A DNA stretch of 32,000 bases from Candidatus Saccharimonadota bacterium (GCF_047555085.1 NZ_CP180230.1:900001-932000), one strand, 5' to 3'. Shown: positions 1 to 9,157, numbered from the stretch's first letter. The notes: generated by a model not told the origin, from the letters alone. Program-made: numbers and translations.

Positions 1-318
1 CTTGAAGCCTGTGTACTCCGGCGGATTATGTGAGGCCGTTACGATTACAGAGGCCTCTAAATTATTCTTGTACTGTCCGTACTTTACTACAGGCGTAGGG
101 ACAACACCTGCAACTAGAGCATCAGTTCCTGTAGAAGTAAGGCCTTCTGTAAAGGCCTCCAAGATTTTTTCCCCGTGTTCTCTGCCGTCTCTCCCGATCA
201 AAACTTTTTCTGCATCGGTGAATGTTCCGAAGGCCTTGCCTACTTTTTCCGCTTCTTTTTCTCCGATTTCGTCAGGAAAAGTTCCTCTCAGATCGTATGT
301 GTGGAAGAATGAACTCAT
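1..318 (-). CDS. Phosphoglucomutase/phosphomannomutase-family sugar-phosphate mutase, N-terminal 106 codons (partial; continues past the left edge)
   Basis: My own reverse-complement translation from the ATG at 318-316 gives MSSFFHTYDLRGTFPDEIGEKEAEKVGKAFGTF...VIVTASHNPPEYTGFK. This contains the catalytic-serine signature T-A-S-H-N-P-x-x-Y-x-G-x-K of alpha-D-phosphohexomutases. The ORF is not in the supplied track; the listed + strand ORF 2..334 is its antisense. Confidence 0.85.
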   Translation of the reverse strand, partial: MSSFFHTYDLRGTFPDEIGEKEAEKVGKAFGTFTDAEKVLIGRDGREHGEKILEAFTEGLTSTGTDALVAGVVPTPVVKYGQYKNNLEASVIVTASHNPPEYTGFK

Positions 319-321
319 TTT

Positions 322-843
322 TTATCTCCAGTAGTCTTCAAGTATCTCTGATTTTTCTTTGTACTCTTCCTGCATATCTGGCAGGGATTTCTTCATGACT
401 TTTGTATCAAGTGAAGTCTCCATGAAGCCTCTATCTTTCTCGTAGATCGGTACTAGCTGTACATGTAGATGCGGAATAGATTCTCCTGCTGCTTTCCCTA
501 TATTCATGCCAACATCGATTCCAGCGGGCTCGACTACTTCCCTCTGAAGCTCTTCAACTTTCTGCACCATTGCGAACAGACGATTTCTCTCCTCATCCTC
601 GAGATCCGTCATCGAGTTGACGTGACGCTTCGGCACGACCATGATGTGGCCGGTGTTGTACGGGAAGATATTCAGCTCCACCATAAGGAAATCGTCTTCA
701 AATATCGCCAGCTTGGAAACTCTTTCATCGTCAGAGGCCTGTGCACAGAAGATACAGTCGATATCATCCGGCACCTCGTTCGCCTCGTACTCTTCACGTT
801 TCGGACTCCACAGGTACTGTTCGTACGGCTTCAAGTCAGTCAT
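322..843 (-). CDS. HIT (histidine triad) family nucleotide hydrolase/transferase
   Basis: Contains the HIT signature H-L-H-V-Q-L-V-P plus CIFC and HIMVVPKRHV. A TATA-like element (tagaatttaagc, 864-875) lies about 26 bp upstream of the ATG at 843. Its stop is 3 nt from the mutase start, so the two are probably co-transcribed. Confidence 0.9.
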   Translation of the reverse strand: MTDLKPYEQYLWSPKREEYEANEVPDDIDCIFCAQASDDERVSKLAIFEDDFLMVELNIFPYNTGHIMVVPKRHVNSMTDLEDEERNRLFAMVQKVEELQREVVEPAGIDVGMNIGKAAGESIPHLHVQLVPIYEKDRGFMETSLDTKVMKKSLPDMQEEYKEKSEILEDYWR

Positions 844-934
844 AGGAAAACCTTCGGAAAACTAGAATTTAAGCCTTACCGCATAAAGGCCTCTAAACGT
901 CCTGAAACAGAGATTAATACAGAAAAAACTTTTT

Positions 935-1693
935 TTACAGGCTGAGATCCTCAATCTTGTAACGGATCTTCGTCGAGAGGCCTCTCTGCGGAGGTTCTTC
1001 TCCTTTCACACGGTGAGCCACATCATGGATTGCATGTGAAACTTTTGATTTAGGCTTGTGTGCAACTACAGGCTTCCGGAGTGCAATAGCTTCTCTTACA
1101 TGTTTGTGATCCGGTACCTCTCCAATTATCTTTTCCTGTACAAGTTCCTCGATGTCTTCCTGTTTAACTTCCGATTTCTCTCCGCGTACCTCGTTCAGTA
1201 CGAGGCCCAGAATATCTCTTTCCATCTCTTCCGCCAGCTTCTTCGCTCCAAGAGCGTTCGTCAGTGCCGGAAGCTCTGGCTTCGAGACGAGAAGTACTTC
1301 GTCAGAGGCCTCTACTGCTGCCTCTACTTCCTCTCCTACTCCTGCGGCTGCGTCGATGAATACGTAGTCTTTGTCGCCGAGGAAATCGATCAGTGCGTGT
1401 TTCAGATTCTCCGAGTCGGCGTCGAATTCAAGTATGGATGCCGGTAGAATTGAGACTCCTTCAGGGTGTTTTGCCAGGGCCTGTGTGATGTATGCGTCGC
1501 CTTCCATCACGTCGTTCAGGGAGACGTCCTGGAATCCCATTCCGAAGTGCTGTGCGATATTTGCTCCGGAGAAGTTTCCGTCAATTATTACAACGTCTTC
1601 GCCCTGCTTTGAAAGTGCAACTCCGAGATTGGAGGTCATGGTCGTCTTTCCTACTCCTCCTTTTCCGGAGACTACAGAGATTACCCTGGTCAT
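935..1693 (-). CDS. minD: MinD/ParA-family P-loop ATPase (archaeal MinD-like), paralog 1
   Basis: Has the deviant Walker A motif SGKGGVGKTT directly after MTRVISVV. The start was moved from the track's 1750 to the ATG at 1693 because an A/T element (cattaaaaac, 1717-1726) is centred about 28 bp upstream. Confidence 0.85.
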   Translation of the reverse strand: MTRVISVVSGKGGVGKTTMTSNLGVALSKQGEDVVIIDGNFSGANIAQHFGMGFQDVSLNDVMEGDAYITQALAKHPEGVSILPASILEFDADSENLKHALIDFLGDKDYVFIDAAAGVGEEVEAAVEASDEVLLVSKPELPALTNALGAKKLAEEMERDILGLVLNEVRGEKSEVKQEDIEELVQEKIIGEVPDHKHVREAIALRKPVVAHKPKSKVSHAIHDVAHRVKGEEPPQRGLSTKIRYKIEDLSL

Positions 1694-1776
1694 ACAGAGT
1701 AGTTTTAGTTTCGCCGCATTAAAAACCTGACTATTCAGGATATGCTTCAAAGTTCAAAGGAAGTAAAATGGAATAT

Positions 1777-2544
1777 TTAGGTGAACTTATCCAGTAGGCG
1801 GGAGATAATGCCTTTTCCACCGATCTGTGGCTCGTATTCTATCCCTGCTACGTCTGAAGCAATCACGTTGAATCTTTCAGAGACATGGTGATCCGGTGCG
1901 TGATGTACAACAGGCTTCTTCTTTGCAAGAGCTTCTTCCACTTTCTGATGCTCAGGGATCTCCATCATGACTTCGTAGCCGATCATGGATTCAACTTCTT
2001 CTTTTGAGAGCTCGGCATCGTGATCCTTGATCTTGTTCAATACTACACCTGTAACTTTTGTTCCTGTCTCCTCTGCGATATCGACAGTCTTCAATGCATC
2101 AGTTACTGCAGGAAGATTCGGATTAGTGACTACAAGAACTTCATCAGAGGCCTCTATAGCGGATACCGATTCCTGGCCAAGGCCTGCCGCTGAATCGACT
2201 AGTACAAAGTCCGGTTCGCCGACGGCATCAAGAAGAACATCTGAAAGATTGTCAGGAGTCGTGTCACGCAGATCCTCTACTGAGAGGCCTGCAGGTACGA
2301 CTCTAAGCCCGGAATCATGGATATACATTGCTTCTGTGATATGGGCGTCTCCTTTCAGGACGTCGTGTAGAGTGGTTGGGTACAGCGGGATGCCGATGTG
2401 GAATCCCAGGTTCGGATTAGTAAGATTTGCATCAAGTACAATCGTGTCGGCGCCGAAATTTGTCAGTGCAGCACCTAGATTTGCCGTGACTGTAGTCTTC
2501 CCGACACCTCCCTTTCCACTGCTAACACAGATTAACCGAGTCAT
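1777..2544 (-). CDS. minD: MinD/ParA-family P-loop ATPase, paralog 2 (tandem with 935-1693)
   Basis: Starts MTRLICVSSGKGGVGKTT and aligns along its full length with paralog 1 (shared EASDEV(L)LV, KPVV.H). The ATG at 2544 is preferred over 2604 because catttaaattac (2565-2576) is centred about 26 bp upstream. Confidence 0.85.
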   Translation of the reverse strand: MTRLICVSSGKGGVGKTTVTANLGAALTNFGADTIVLDANLTNPNLGFHIGIPLYPTTLHDVLKGDAHITEAMYIHDSGLRVVPAGLSVEDLRDTTPDNLSDVLLDAVGEPDFVLVDSAAGLGQESVSAIEASDEVLVVTNPNLPAVTDALKTVDIAEETGTKVTGVVLNKIKDHDAELSKEEVESMIGYEVMMEIPEHQKVEEALAKKKPVVHHAPDHHVSERFNVIASDVAGIEYEPQIGGKGIISRLLDKFT

Positions 2545-2630
2545 ACAATTAGATAGTCTCCGATCATTTAAATTACTAGGTGAATCCTTGTCAAGCCCAG
2601 TCACTCTGAGAAATGAACACTGTTTTTCCT

Positions 2631-5243
2631 CTATCGACCTATCTCTATAACTCCGTTTACAGGCCTGAATCTGGCTCCTGCCTTAATTCTGAGCGAGTCA
2701 CTTTTTATTCTGAAGCTGCCTGTCCATGATCCCGAGATCTCGGCATTCTGGCTTACGTTGAAAAACAGTTTGCCGTTCAGGGATTCAAGATCGGCTTGAG
2801 GCCTGGAGATGAACAATCTAGAGATCTGGTACTCTGAAGCTGTAAACTCTCTGGTACTGTTCAGGACGCATTCAGTCTCTGTAACATGATCACATATACT
2901 GTCAGGATCAGTAGACAGAGTGAAGCTGTTCAAGGCCCAGGAACGTGATATATTCGATGTCCCTCCATGGAACTCCACCGTTACATCCTCAGACTCCGGA
3001 AGATCTACAGAGTAACTCTGTTCGCCCTCAATTAAGAGAACTTTATCAGTCCCCAGCACTTCTCCAGAATAATTCAAGGCCTTTACAGTGGCATTGAGAC
3101 TGGTATTGTCCCTTATTTTTGCATCAGTTGTAAGCGATCGCCATTTTGCTTTATCCTGGCTGTCGGAGTACACAATATCAAGAGAATTAATCCTGCTGGT
3201 GTTATCTCCATCTCCCAGAAAAGATACGTTGAACCGGAAATATCTCGACAGATTGTTCTCCGGGAACTGATCAGAGTACACCCATTGCCCGGAAGAGTTC
3301 ACACCATAGTTTATATTGAAATCTGTTCCCTGAGGCCTCTGATAGTCCAGGAACGCTTTCTTCAGGTAGACCTGTCTGCCCGCATCATAAATTTTTGAGC
3401 TGTACGATCCTGATGTATTGTATCCCAGAGTCGAGCTTAAAGAGTATTCTCCAGGCTCTACAGCCATCCATCCCAGATTCTCTTCGGTATGCGTATCACA
3501 GCTGTTTCCGGATTCTATCTCACAGTATCTTACATCCATACTGGTGCTCTGAATATTTCTGACCTCATCTATCTGAAGTTCCTGTCCTCCGTTCTCGGAA
3601 AGGCCTGAAACAAGGCCTACAGGATTTTCTAGAGATGAGTATGACTGTGTGTTCCAGTTACTGTCAGAAACTACTGTTCCTGTAGTTCCCAGCTCGCTGT
3701 TCGGTATAGGACTGTTTCCTGGCTCTATTGCTATCCATCCTACTGTCTCAGTCGTGTGTCCTCCGTTACAGGCATCCTGAGAATCCTGCTGGCAGATTCC
3801 TCCGGTGAAACTTCCTGATCCATGACTTGAGATACGGGCCTCGACTCCTGGCGTTCCCTGAACCGTCTGGACAGTTGTGAAAGGTACAGGAGCGCTGCTG
3901 AAAGATTCCTGATAGTTTACAGTGTTTGCAGTGCTGGTGAACTCTCCACTGATATCGAATGTTCCAGCCTCGATGCCGTCAACAGAGTTAACCGAGGATG
4001 CGTCTACCGCAATGTAATGTATTATATGCCCAGAAGAGGCCTGACAGCTTCCTCTTCCATCAGAGTCACAGACACGTATAGAAGCTGAACTCTGGCCTAC
4101 ATTGCGCACCTCTGAGATAAGGCCGTTCCCGTTTCCTGTATTCTCTACTGTAGCTACTACAACAGGAGATTCAAAGTTCGAGTAATTTATCTCCATCCAG
4201 TCTCCGCTTGCAGCAGTCAAACTACCTATTTTAACATCGCTTAATTTCTGGAGGCCTAGATTTGAATCCAGAGATTCAGTGCTGTTGAACTCTCCTTTCC
4301 TCCAGTCGCTGTCGGAGTTCAGAAGAGTGTTTTCAGAGTATCTTCGAGAATAACTCGAGTTGAAAAAGCCTTCAAGGCCGTTAAAGTATGAACTGTTTAT
4401 CTCCTGATCTGAAAGAGCGCGCTGATGGATCCTGAATTCATCTATAGTTCCGTTGAATCTTGTATCTACAGATGATCCTCCCTGATCGCCGTTGAAGGAT
4501 GAGGCCTCTGATCCTGTTCCTATGAATCCGTAACGTGTTGCTCCTGTACCCAGAGAGTTCCCTCCATGGGCGCTGGCGGATGCTACCTGGATGCCGTCAA
4601 CGAAAATTTTCTTGCTGGTGGCTGCATCTGAGTCATACCATCCGCAGGCGTAATGCCATTTTCCATCCGCGTAGCTCTTTGAAGTAGCCAGGTCGTGAGT
4701 GTTTCCTGATGAATCTGTTGTATCCCATGCTATGTGGCTGCCGGAAGAGGAATCATCATCGAAGGAGAAACGCCAGTACTCGCTTCTATCGAATGATGCG
4801 ATGAAGTTTCCGTATCCTGTTTCAGCATCTGTTGATTTAACCCAGCTGCATACCGTGATCTGATCTATTTCACCGCTTGAAGTATATTTTTTCCTGAGAG
4901 CAAGATAATCATCCGATCCATCAAGATTTACTGCAGATGATGAGAGTACTCCGGGCGCAGTCGTGTTGACACCATTGTATGCCACAGCACCGTAACCGTT
5001 CTGCGAATAACCTGTAAACTCTCCGCCGTTGCCGGAGACATTCTCCTCGAACCTCCAAAGAGTATCTAAACCATCCGAAGTAGAATTGTGATATCCCATA
5101 GTCAGGCCTTCAGAACTGTTGTAGAAAGTGCCGTTGAACTCTCCTTTTTCCCACTGCGTCCTGTCCGAGGCCTGAAAATCCATGGAGAGGCCTGTGGAAG
5201 AAATGGCAATCACAGCAGCTAACAGGACAAAAATGTTGCGCAT
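2631..5243 (-). CDS. Secreted or surface-anchored LamG (concanavalin A-like lectin) domain protein, Ser/Thr/Asn-rich, probable N-glycoprotein
   Basis: Has an N-terminal signal/TM segment (MRNIFVLLAAVIAISSTGLS). A Laminin_G_3-type region spans about aa 60-285 and ends in the hallmark IDEFRIHQRALSDQEI. I counted about 21 N-x-S/T sequons. Three internal repeats lie at aa 346-598. A TATA-like gatattaaat (5267-5276) lies upstream. Confidence 0.8.
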   Translation of the reverse strand: MRNIFVLLAAVIAISSTGLSMDFQASDRTQWEKGEFNGTFYNSSEGLTMGYHNSTSDGLDTLWRFEENVSGNGGEFTGYSQNGYGAVAYNGVNTTAPGVLSSSAVNLDGSDDYLALRKKYTSSGEIDQITVCSWVKSTDAETGYGNFIASFDRSEYWRFSFDDDSSSGSHIAWDTTDSSGNTHDLATSKSYADGKWHYACGWYDSDAATSKKIFVDGIQVASASAHGGNSLGTGATRYGFIGTGSEASSFNGDQGGSSVDTRFNGTIDEFRIHQRALSDQEINSSYFNGLEGFFNSSYSRRYSENTLLNSDSDWRKGEFNSTESLDSNLGLQKLSDVKIGSLTAASGDWMEINYSNFESPVVVATVENTGNGNGLISEVRNVGQSSASIRVCDSDGRGSCQASSGHIIHYIAVDASSVNSVDGIEAGTFDISGEFTSTANTVNYQESFSSAPVPFTTVQTVQGTPGVEARISSHGSGSFTGGICQQDSQDACNGGHTTETVGWIAIEPGNSPIPNSELGTTGTVVSDSNWNTQSYSSLENPVGLVSGLSENGGQELQIDEVRNIQSTSMDVRYCEIESGNSCDTHTEENLGWMAVEPGEYSLSSTLGYNTSGSYSSKIYDAGRQVYLKKAFLDYQRPQGTDFNINYGVNSSGQWVYSDQFPENNLSRYFRFNVSFLGDGDNTSRINSLDIVYSDSQDKAKWRSLTTDAKIRDNTSLNATVKALNYSGEVLGTDKVLLIEGEQSYSVDLPESEDVTVEFHGGTSNISRSWALNSFTLSTDPDSICDHVTETECVLNSTREFTASEYQISRLFISRPQADLESLNGKLFFNVSQNAEISGSWTGSFRIKSDSLRIKAGARFRPVNGVIEIGR
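3450..4208 (-). repeat. Three tandem protein-level repeats of about 75-85 aa inside the LamG surface protein
   Basis: Repeat 1: DWMEINYSNFESPVVVATVENTG...EVRNVGQSSASIRVCDSDGRGSC...HIIHYIAVD. Repeat 2: NTVNYQESFSSAPVPFTTVQTVQG...ARISSHGSGSFTGGICQQDSQDAC...TVGWIAIEPG. Repeat 3: NWNTQSYSSLENPVGLVSGLSENG...EVRNIQSTSMDVRYCEIESGNSC...NLGWMAVEPG. Confidence 0.75.
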
Positions 5244-5333
5244 AACTGGTATGTGATTTGCTCGATATTAAATCTGACTAACGTGGAGGAAACCTGTTGT
5301 AGAAATTTCTGTTCTTTTTCCGAGTTAACTTAA

Positions 5334-5346
5334 TTTGATATAAATT
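5334..5346 (+). promoter_or_regulatory. TATA-like box for leuS (leaderless)
   Basis: The element tttgatataaatt is centred about 25 bp upstream of the ATG at 5365. Confidence 0.5.
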
Positions 5347-5364
5347 GGCTCCTTATTCGTGTGT

Positions 5365-8223
5365 ATGACTGAGGATTTCGCCTCCAAATTGAATGTTATA
5401 GAGGATAAATGGCAGGAAAAATGGCAAGAGGAAAGAGTTTTCGAGTCCGATCCAAACAATGATGACAAGTTCTTCATCACCGTGGCTTATCCGTATCCGA
5501 GCGGCGGGATGCATATCGGACACGTCGGAACGTATACACTGCCGGATGTCTTCGCACGTTTCAAGCGTATGCAGGGATACAACGTACTTTTCCCTATGGC
5601 CTGGCATGTTACAGGAACCCCTATCATTGGAGCCTTGAACCGTCTGAAGGACGGAGAAGAAGATCAGTGGAATACCTTAACGAATGTGTACAATGTTCCT
5701 GAGGAAGAGCTTGAGGCCATGGAGGAGCCGATGGATTATGCGAACTACTTTATCGAAAACAGTTACAAGCCGAACATGAAGAATCTAGGATTCTCTGTCG
5801 ACTGGAGACGCGAATTCACTACTAACGATGATCACTACAACAGATTTATCGAATGGCAGTACAAACGCTTGAGAGAAAAAGATCTTGTCAAGAAAGGAAT
5901 GCATCCTACAAAGTACTGCCTGAACGATGAGAACCCTGTAACCACCCACGACCTGCTTGAAGGAGAGGACGCGGAAAAACAGGAGTACACACTTGTCAAG
6001 TTCACCGGAGAATACGACGGAAAAGAAGTAATCCTGCCAATGGCGACTTTGAGGCCTGAAACAGTCTTCGGAGTAACACATACACTCGCCGATCCTTCAT
6101 CAACGTACAAACTTGTGGAAGTCGATGGAGAAAACTGGATCGTCAGCGAAGAGGCCTCTGAAAAACTTGAACACCAGGACAGAGAAGTTAAGATCACCGG
6201 AGACGTCCCAGGCGAAGATATAGTCGGCGAATACTTCAGAAATCCTGTAACAGATGATGAAGTCATCATGCTTCCGGCTGATTTCGTGGAAACTGATTCA
6301 GGATCAGGCCTCGTCATGTCTGTTCCTGCACACGCTCCTTACGACTGGATCTCCCTTCAGGACTTGAAAGAGTCAGAGGCCTTGCTGAAGGAGTACGGGA
6401 TTTCTCCTAACGAGGTCAGGAGTATCGAGCCGAAACAGATAATCAATACAGAGTACTATACAGGGATGCCTGCTGAAGAGGCCTGTAATAATTACGATGT
6501 AGAGTCCCAAGGCGATGAAGAGGCCTTGGAGAAGGCGACTGAAGAGGTTTACGAGAAGGAGTTCCACAACGGGAAGTTGAACGGTTCATGCGGCGATTAT
6601 GCATCAGAGAACGTGAACTCTGTGAAAGATGTACTTATCAAGGATTTCGAGGATGATGGATTCTTCGACTCCATGTACGATTTCTCAGAGGAAGTTGTCT
6701 GTCGCTGCGGTGGCAAAGTTATCGTGGCGATGCAGGAGTCATGGTTCCTGGAGTACGGCGATCCGGGATGGAAGGACAAAGTCCAGAAGCTGATGAACAA
6801 TATCGACATCATTCCCGATGAGAAACGGGAGGACTACGAGCACACCGTTGACTGGCTTGAGTCATGGCCTGCGATCAGAAACTTCGGGCTTGGAACAAAG
6901 CTGCCGTTCGACGACGAATTCGTAGTCGAGCCACTCTCGGACTCCACCATCTACATGGCCTTCTACACGATCAGAAACATCATCAGAGACGTCGAATCAG
7001 AGAAACTTGATCCAGAGTTCTTCGACTACGTGTTCAACGAGAAAGGAGAGGCCTCGGAAGTAGCAGAAAAAACAGGAATCGATCTCGAGATAGTTGAAAA
7101 AGCACGTGAAAGCTTCGATTACTGGTACCCTCTTGACTGGAGGACTTCAGCCTATCCACTGATCCAGAATCACCTGACGTTCATGATGTACCATCATACA
7201 GCTTTATTCGAGCAGGATGACTGGCCTCAGGGAATAGCAACGTGGGGACTCGGGACACTGGAAGGTAAGAAGATGTCAAGCAGCAAAGGCCACGTAAAAC
7301 TTCCAGACAACGCTATAAACGAGTACGGAGCCGATACAACAAGATTCTTCATCTTTGCTTCACGTGAGCCATGGCAGGACTTCGACTGGAACGAAGACGA
7401 CGTTGAAGAATACTTCAACAAAGTCAGAAACTTCTACAATCGAAGCCTTGAACTTTACAACACCGGCGAAGAAAGAGAGATGAACAGGCTCGACAGATAC
7501 GCACTTTCCCGACTTCAGAAAATCGTACGGGAAGCAACAGAAGGCCTAGAAGAATTCCAGACACGTAAAGCAGGCCTGAACGCTTTCTTCGAGATGAACT
7601 CTCTGATCAACAGATACAGAACACGTTCAGACACTTTGAACAGAGAAGTAGTCAACGAGCTCGTGGAGAAACAGATCAGGCTCATGTCGCCTTTCACGCC
7701 ACACATCTGTGAGGAACTGTGGAACGAGATAGGCGGCGAAGGATTCGTCTCAAAGGCTGAATGGCCGGAAGCCGACGAAGAACTTATCGATGAAGAAGTA
7801 GAGGCCTCTGAAGATCTTGTACAGGAAACGATGAGTGATATCCGGGAAGTAGCGGATATCGTAGGCGACTATGAAGAGATAAAGATCATAGTCGCAGGCG
7901 AAGAGAAGAGAGAACTTTTCAGAGAGCTGAATAAAACTGTAGATGACAGGCCTGAATTCGGAGAGGCCATGCAGCAGCTGATCGAGTCAACAGGTTCAGA
8001 GCCAGAGACTATAGAAAGTTATCTGAAGAACTACCTGAACTCGCCGGGAGATCTTCCTGAGAACGTATTCAGCGAAGACGACGAACTCGAGATCCTTGAG
8101 GAAAACGAGAAATTCCTGGAGAAAGAGTTCGATTCCTGGGTAGATATAGTCACAGAAGAAGACTCTGAAGACGAAAAGGCCTCAAGAGCAGAGCCAGGAA
8201 AGCCAGCAATCATACTGGAGTAA
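5365..8223 (+). CDS. leuS: Leucyl-tRNA synthetase (archaeal type)
   Basis: Class I signatures are present: [12 protein letters not shown] (HIGH) and KMSSSKG (KMSKS). Length is about 950 aa. The ATG at 5365 is preferred over the track's GTG at 5359 on promoter spacing. Confidence 0.95.
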   Translation: MTEDFASKLNVIEDKWQEKWQEERVFESDPNNDDKFFITVAYPYPSGGMHIGHVGTYTLPDVFARFKRMQGYNVLFPMAWHVTGTPIIGALNRLKDGEEDQWNTLTNVYNVPEEELEAMEEPMDYANYFIENSYKPNMKNLGFSVDWRREFTTNDDHYNRFIEWQYKRLREKDLVKKGMHPTKYCLNDENPVTTHDLLEGEDAEKQEYTLVKFTGEYDGKEVILPMATLRPETVFGVTHTLADPSSTYKLVEVDGENWIVSEEASEKLEHQDREVKITGDVPGEDIVGEYFRNPVTDDEVIMLPADFVETDSGSGLVMSVPAHAPYDWISLQDLKESEALLKEYGISPNEVRSIEPKQIINTEYYTGMPAEEACNNYDVESQGDEEALEKATEEVYEKEFHNGKLNGSCGDYASENVNSVKDVLIKDFEDDGFFDSMYDFSEEVVCRCGGKVIVAMQESWFLEYGDPGWKDKVQKLMNNIDIIPDEKREDYEHTVDWLESWPAIRNFGLGTKLPFDDEFVVEPLSDSTIYMAFYTIRNIIRDVESEKLDPEFFDYVFNEKGEASEVAEKTGIDLEIVEKARESFDYWYPLDWRTSAYPLIQNHLTFMMYHHTALFEQDDWPQGIATWGLGTLEGKKMSSSKGHVKLPDNAINEYGADTTRFFIFASREPWQDFDWNEDDVEEYFNKVRNFYNRSLELYNTGEEREMNRLDRYALSRLQKIVREATEGLEEFQTRKAGLNAFFEMNSLINRYRTRSDTLNREVVNELVEKQIRLMSPFTPHICEELWNEIGGEGFVSKAEWPEADEELIDEEVEASEDLVQETMSDIREVADIVGDYEEIKIIVAGEEKRELFRELNKTVDDRPEFGEAMQQLIESTGSEPETIESYLKNYLNSPGDLPENVFSEDDELEILEENEKFLEKEFDSWVDIVTEEDSEDEKASRAEPGKPAIILE

Positions 8224-8230
8224 AAAATCC

Positions 8231-8259
8231 GGAGAAAATTCTGGGAAATCTCCTTTTTT
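8231..8259 (+). terminator. Short stem (GGAGA...TCTCC) followed by a T6 tract in the convergent gap after leuS
   Basis: The sequence ggagaaaattctgggaaatctcctttttt lies 8 nt after the leuS stop. Archaeal termination typically uses oligo-T tracts. Confidence 0.4.
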
Positions 8260-8272
8260 ACTTCTCTTTCCT

Positions 8273-9097
8273 TCAGTTCAATGTATCTCCAGAAGAGACT
8301 TTCGAAGGCCTTCTGAGCTGGTACAGGGCCTTGATCTCGGGAGCTGAAAGAGATCTGTCATATATCCTGACGTCGTCCAGTCTGCCGTCCAGATAACCTC
8401 TTTCTATGTTGTTCGTAGCAGGATTGTTATTGTCGTAAGCTCTTGCTCCTATCCTTATATCGTTTAATTTCAACGGCGTACCGTCGTTACTTCTTGATCC
8501 TTCTCTTGTCCCATTGATGAATAGAACCGCCTGTGAAGAAGAGAGTTGTATCGTAACGTGAACCCACTGGCCGAAACTATGAGTACTTGATTTCAGATTT
8601 ACAGCACCGCTGCCATCACCTGCAAACTCAAAGTTCAGATAACTGAAATCAGAAGTTGAATTTGAACCCTGATCCAGCGTAAAACCTGTCTCATAGTCAT
8701 TATACGGATCTTCAGTCGCAGAACACAGAGCTCTGTAATCACCAGAGTTGCTCGCGATATTCACCCATAGCGCAACCGTCAGCTCTGAAACATCAGAAAA
8801 TCCTGTAGAAAAACACCGTACCACATCATCTGTTCCATCAAAACTGAGACATGAACTTCCGATTTTCGAACTGGAACTCCATGATGCGCCATTAACCGTT
8901 CCATCATTTCCCAGGGCCTTATCGACTGCTGTAGTGCCTGAGCCGGAGTCCATAGGATAGTAAGCTACGAGGCCTTGAGTCAATGATCCGTGCCTGTATC
9001 CCTGTTCTAGGCCTCCACCGGAAATTTTCTCTGTAGCAGTACCGCTGGAATCCTGTGGATTCTGGAAGTCGTCTCCGTTCCAGGAAAGTTTCGGCAT
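8273..9097 (-). CDS. LamG (concanavalin A-like lectin) domain protein with no obvious signal peptide
   Basis: Shows typical Laminin_G_3 landmarks: GLVAYYPMDSGSGTTAVD...GNDGTVNGASW, LSFDGTDDVV and LDDVRIYDRSLSAPEIKALY. Confidence 0.8.
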   Translation of the reverse strand: MPKLSWNGDDFQNPQDSSGTATEKISGGGLEQGYRHGSLTQGLVAYYPMDSGSGTTAVDKALGNDGTVNGASWSSSSKIGSSCLSFDGTDDVVRCFSTGFSDVSELTVALWVNIASNSGDYRALCSATEDPYNDYETGFTLDQGSNSTSDFSYLNFEFAGDGSGAVNLKSSTHSFGQWVHVTIQLSSSQAVLFINGTREGSRSNDGTPLKLNDIRIGARAYDNNNPATNNIERGYLDGRLDDVRIYDRSLSAPEIKALYQLRRPSKVSSGDTLN

Positions 9098-9112
9098 AGA
9101 AAGTATTTTGGA

Positions 9113-9143
9113 GAGGCCTGTACTTTAGAGTTTTCCAGGCCTC
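9113..9143 (-). terminator. Hairpin built from two AGGCCT copies (8-bp stem GAGGCCTG/CAGGCCTC, 15-nt loop) downstream of the 9158-9427 gene
   Basis: GAGGCCTG at 9113-9120 and CAGGCCTC at 9136-9143 are exact reverse complements. The pair lies between the stop of the upstream minus-strand gene and the start of the LamG gene. Confidence 0.4.
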
Positions 9144-9157
9144 GAGAAAAGGTTTTT

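Noticed and set aside
2-334. A + strand ORF of 110 aa at the left edge.
   Set aside because: It is antisense to a minus-strand reading frame encoding a clear phosphohexomutase active-site motif (TASHNPPEYTGFK). Its own sequence is low-complexity (Ser/Pro/Thr-rich) with no motif.
469-945. A 158-aa + strand ORF overlapping the HIT gene.
   Set aside because: It is antisense to a motif-bearing HIT gene, uses a non-ATG start, and has no recognisable features.
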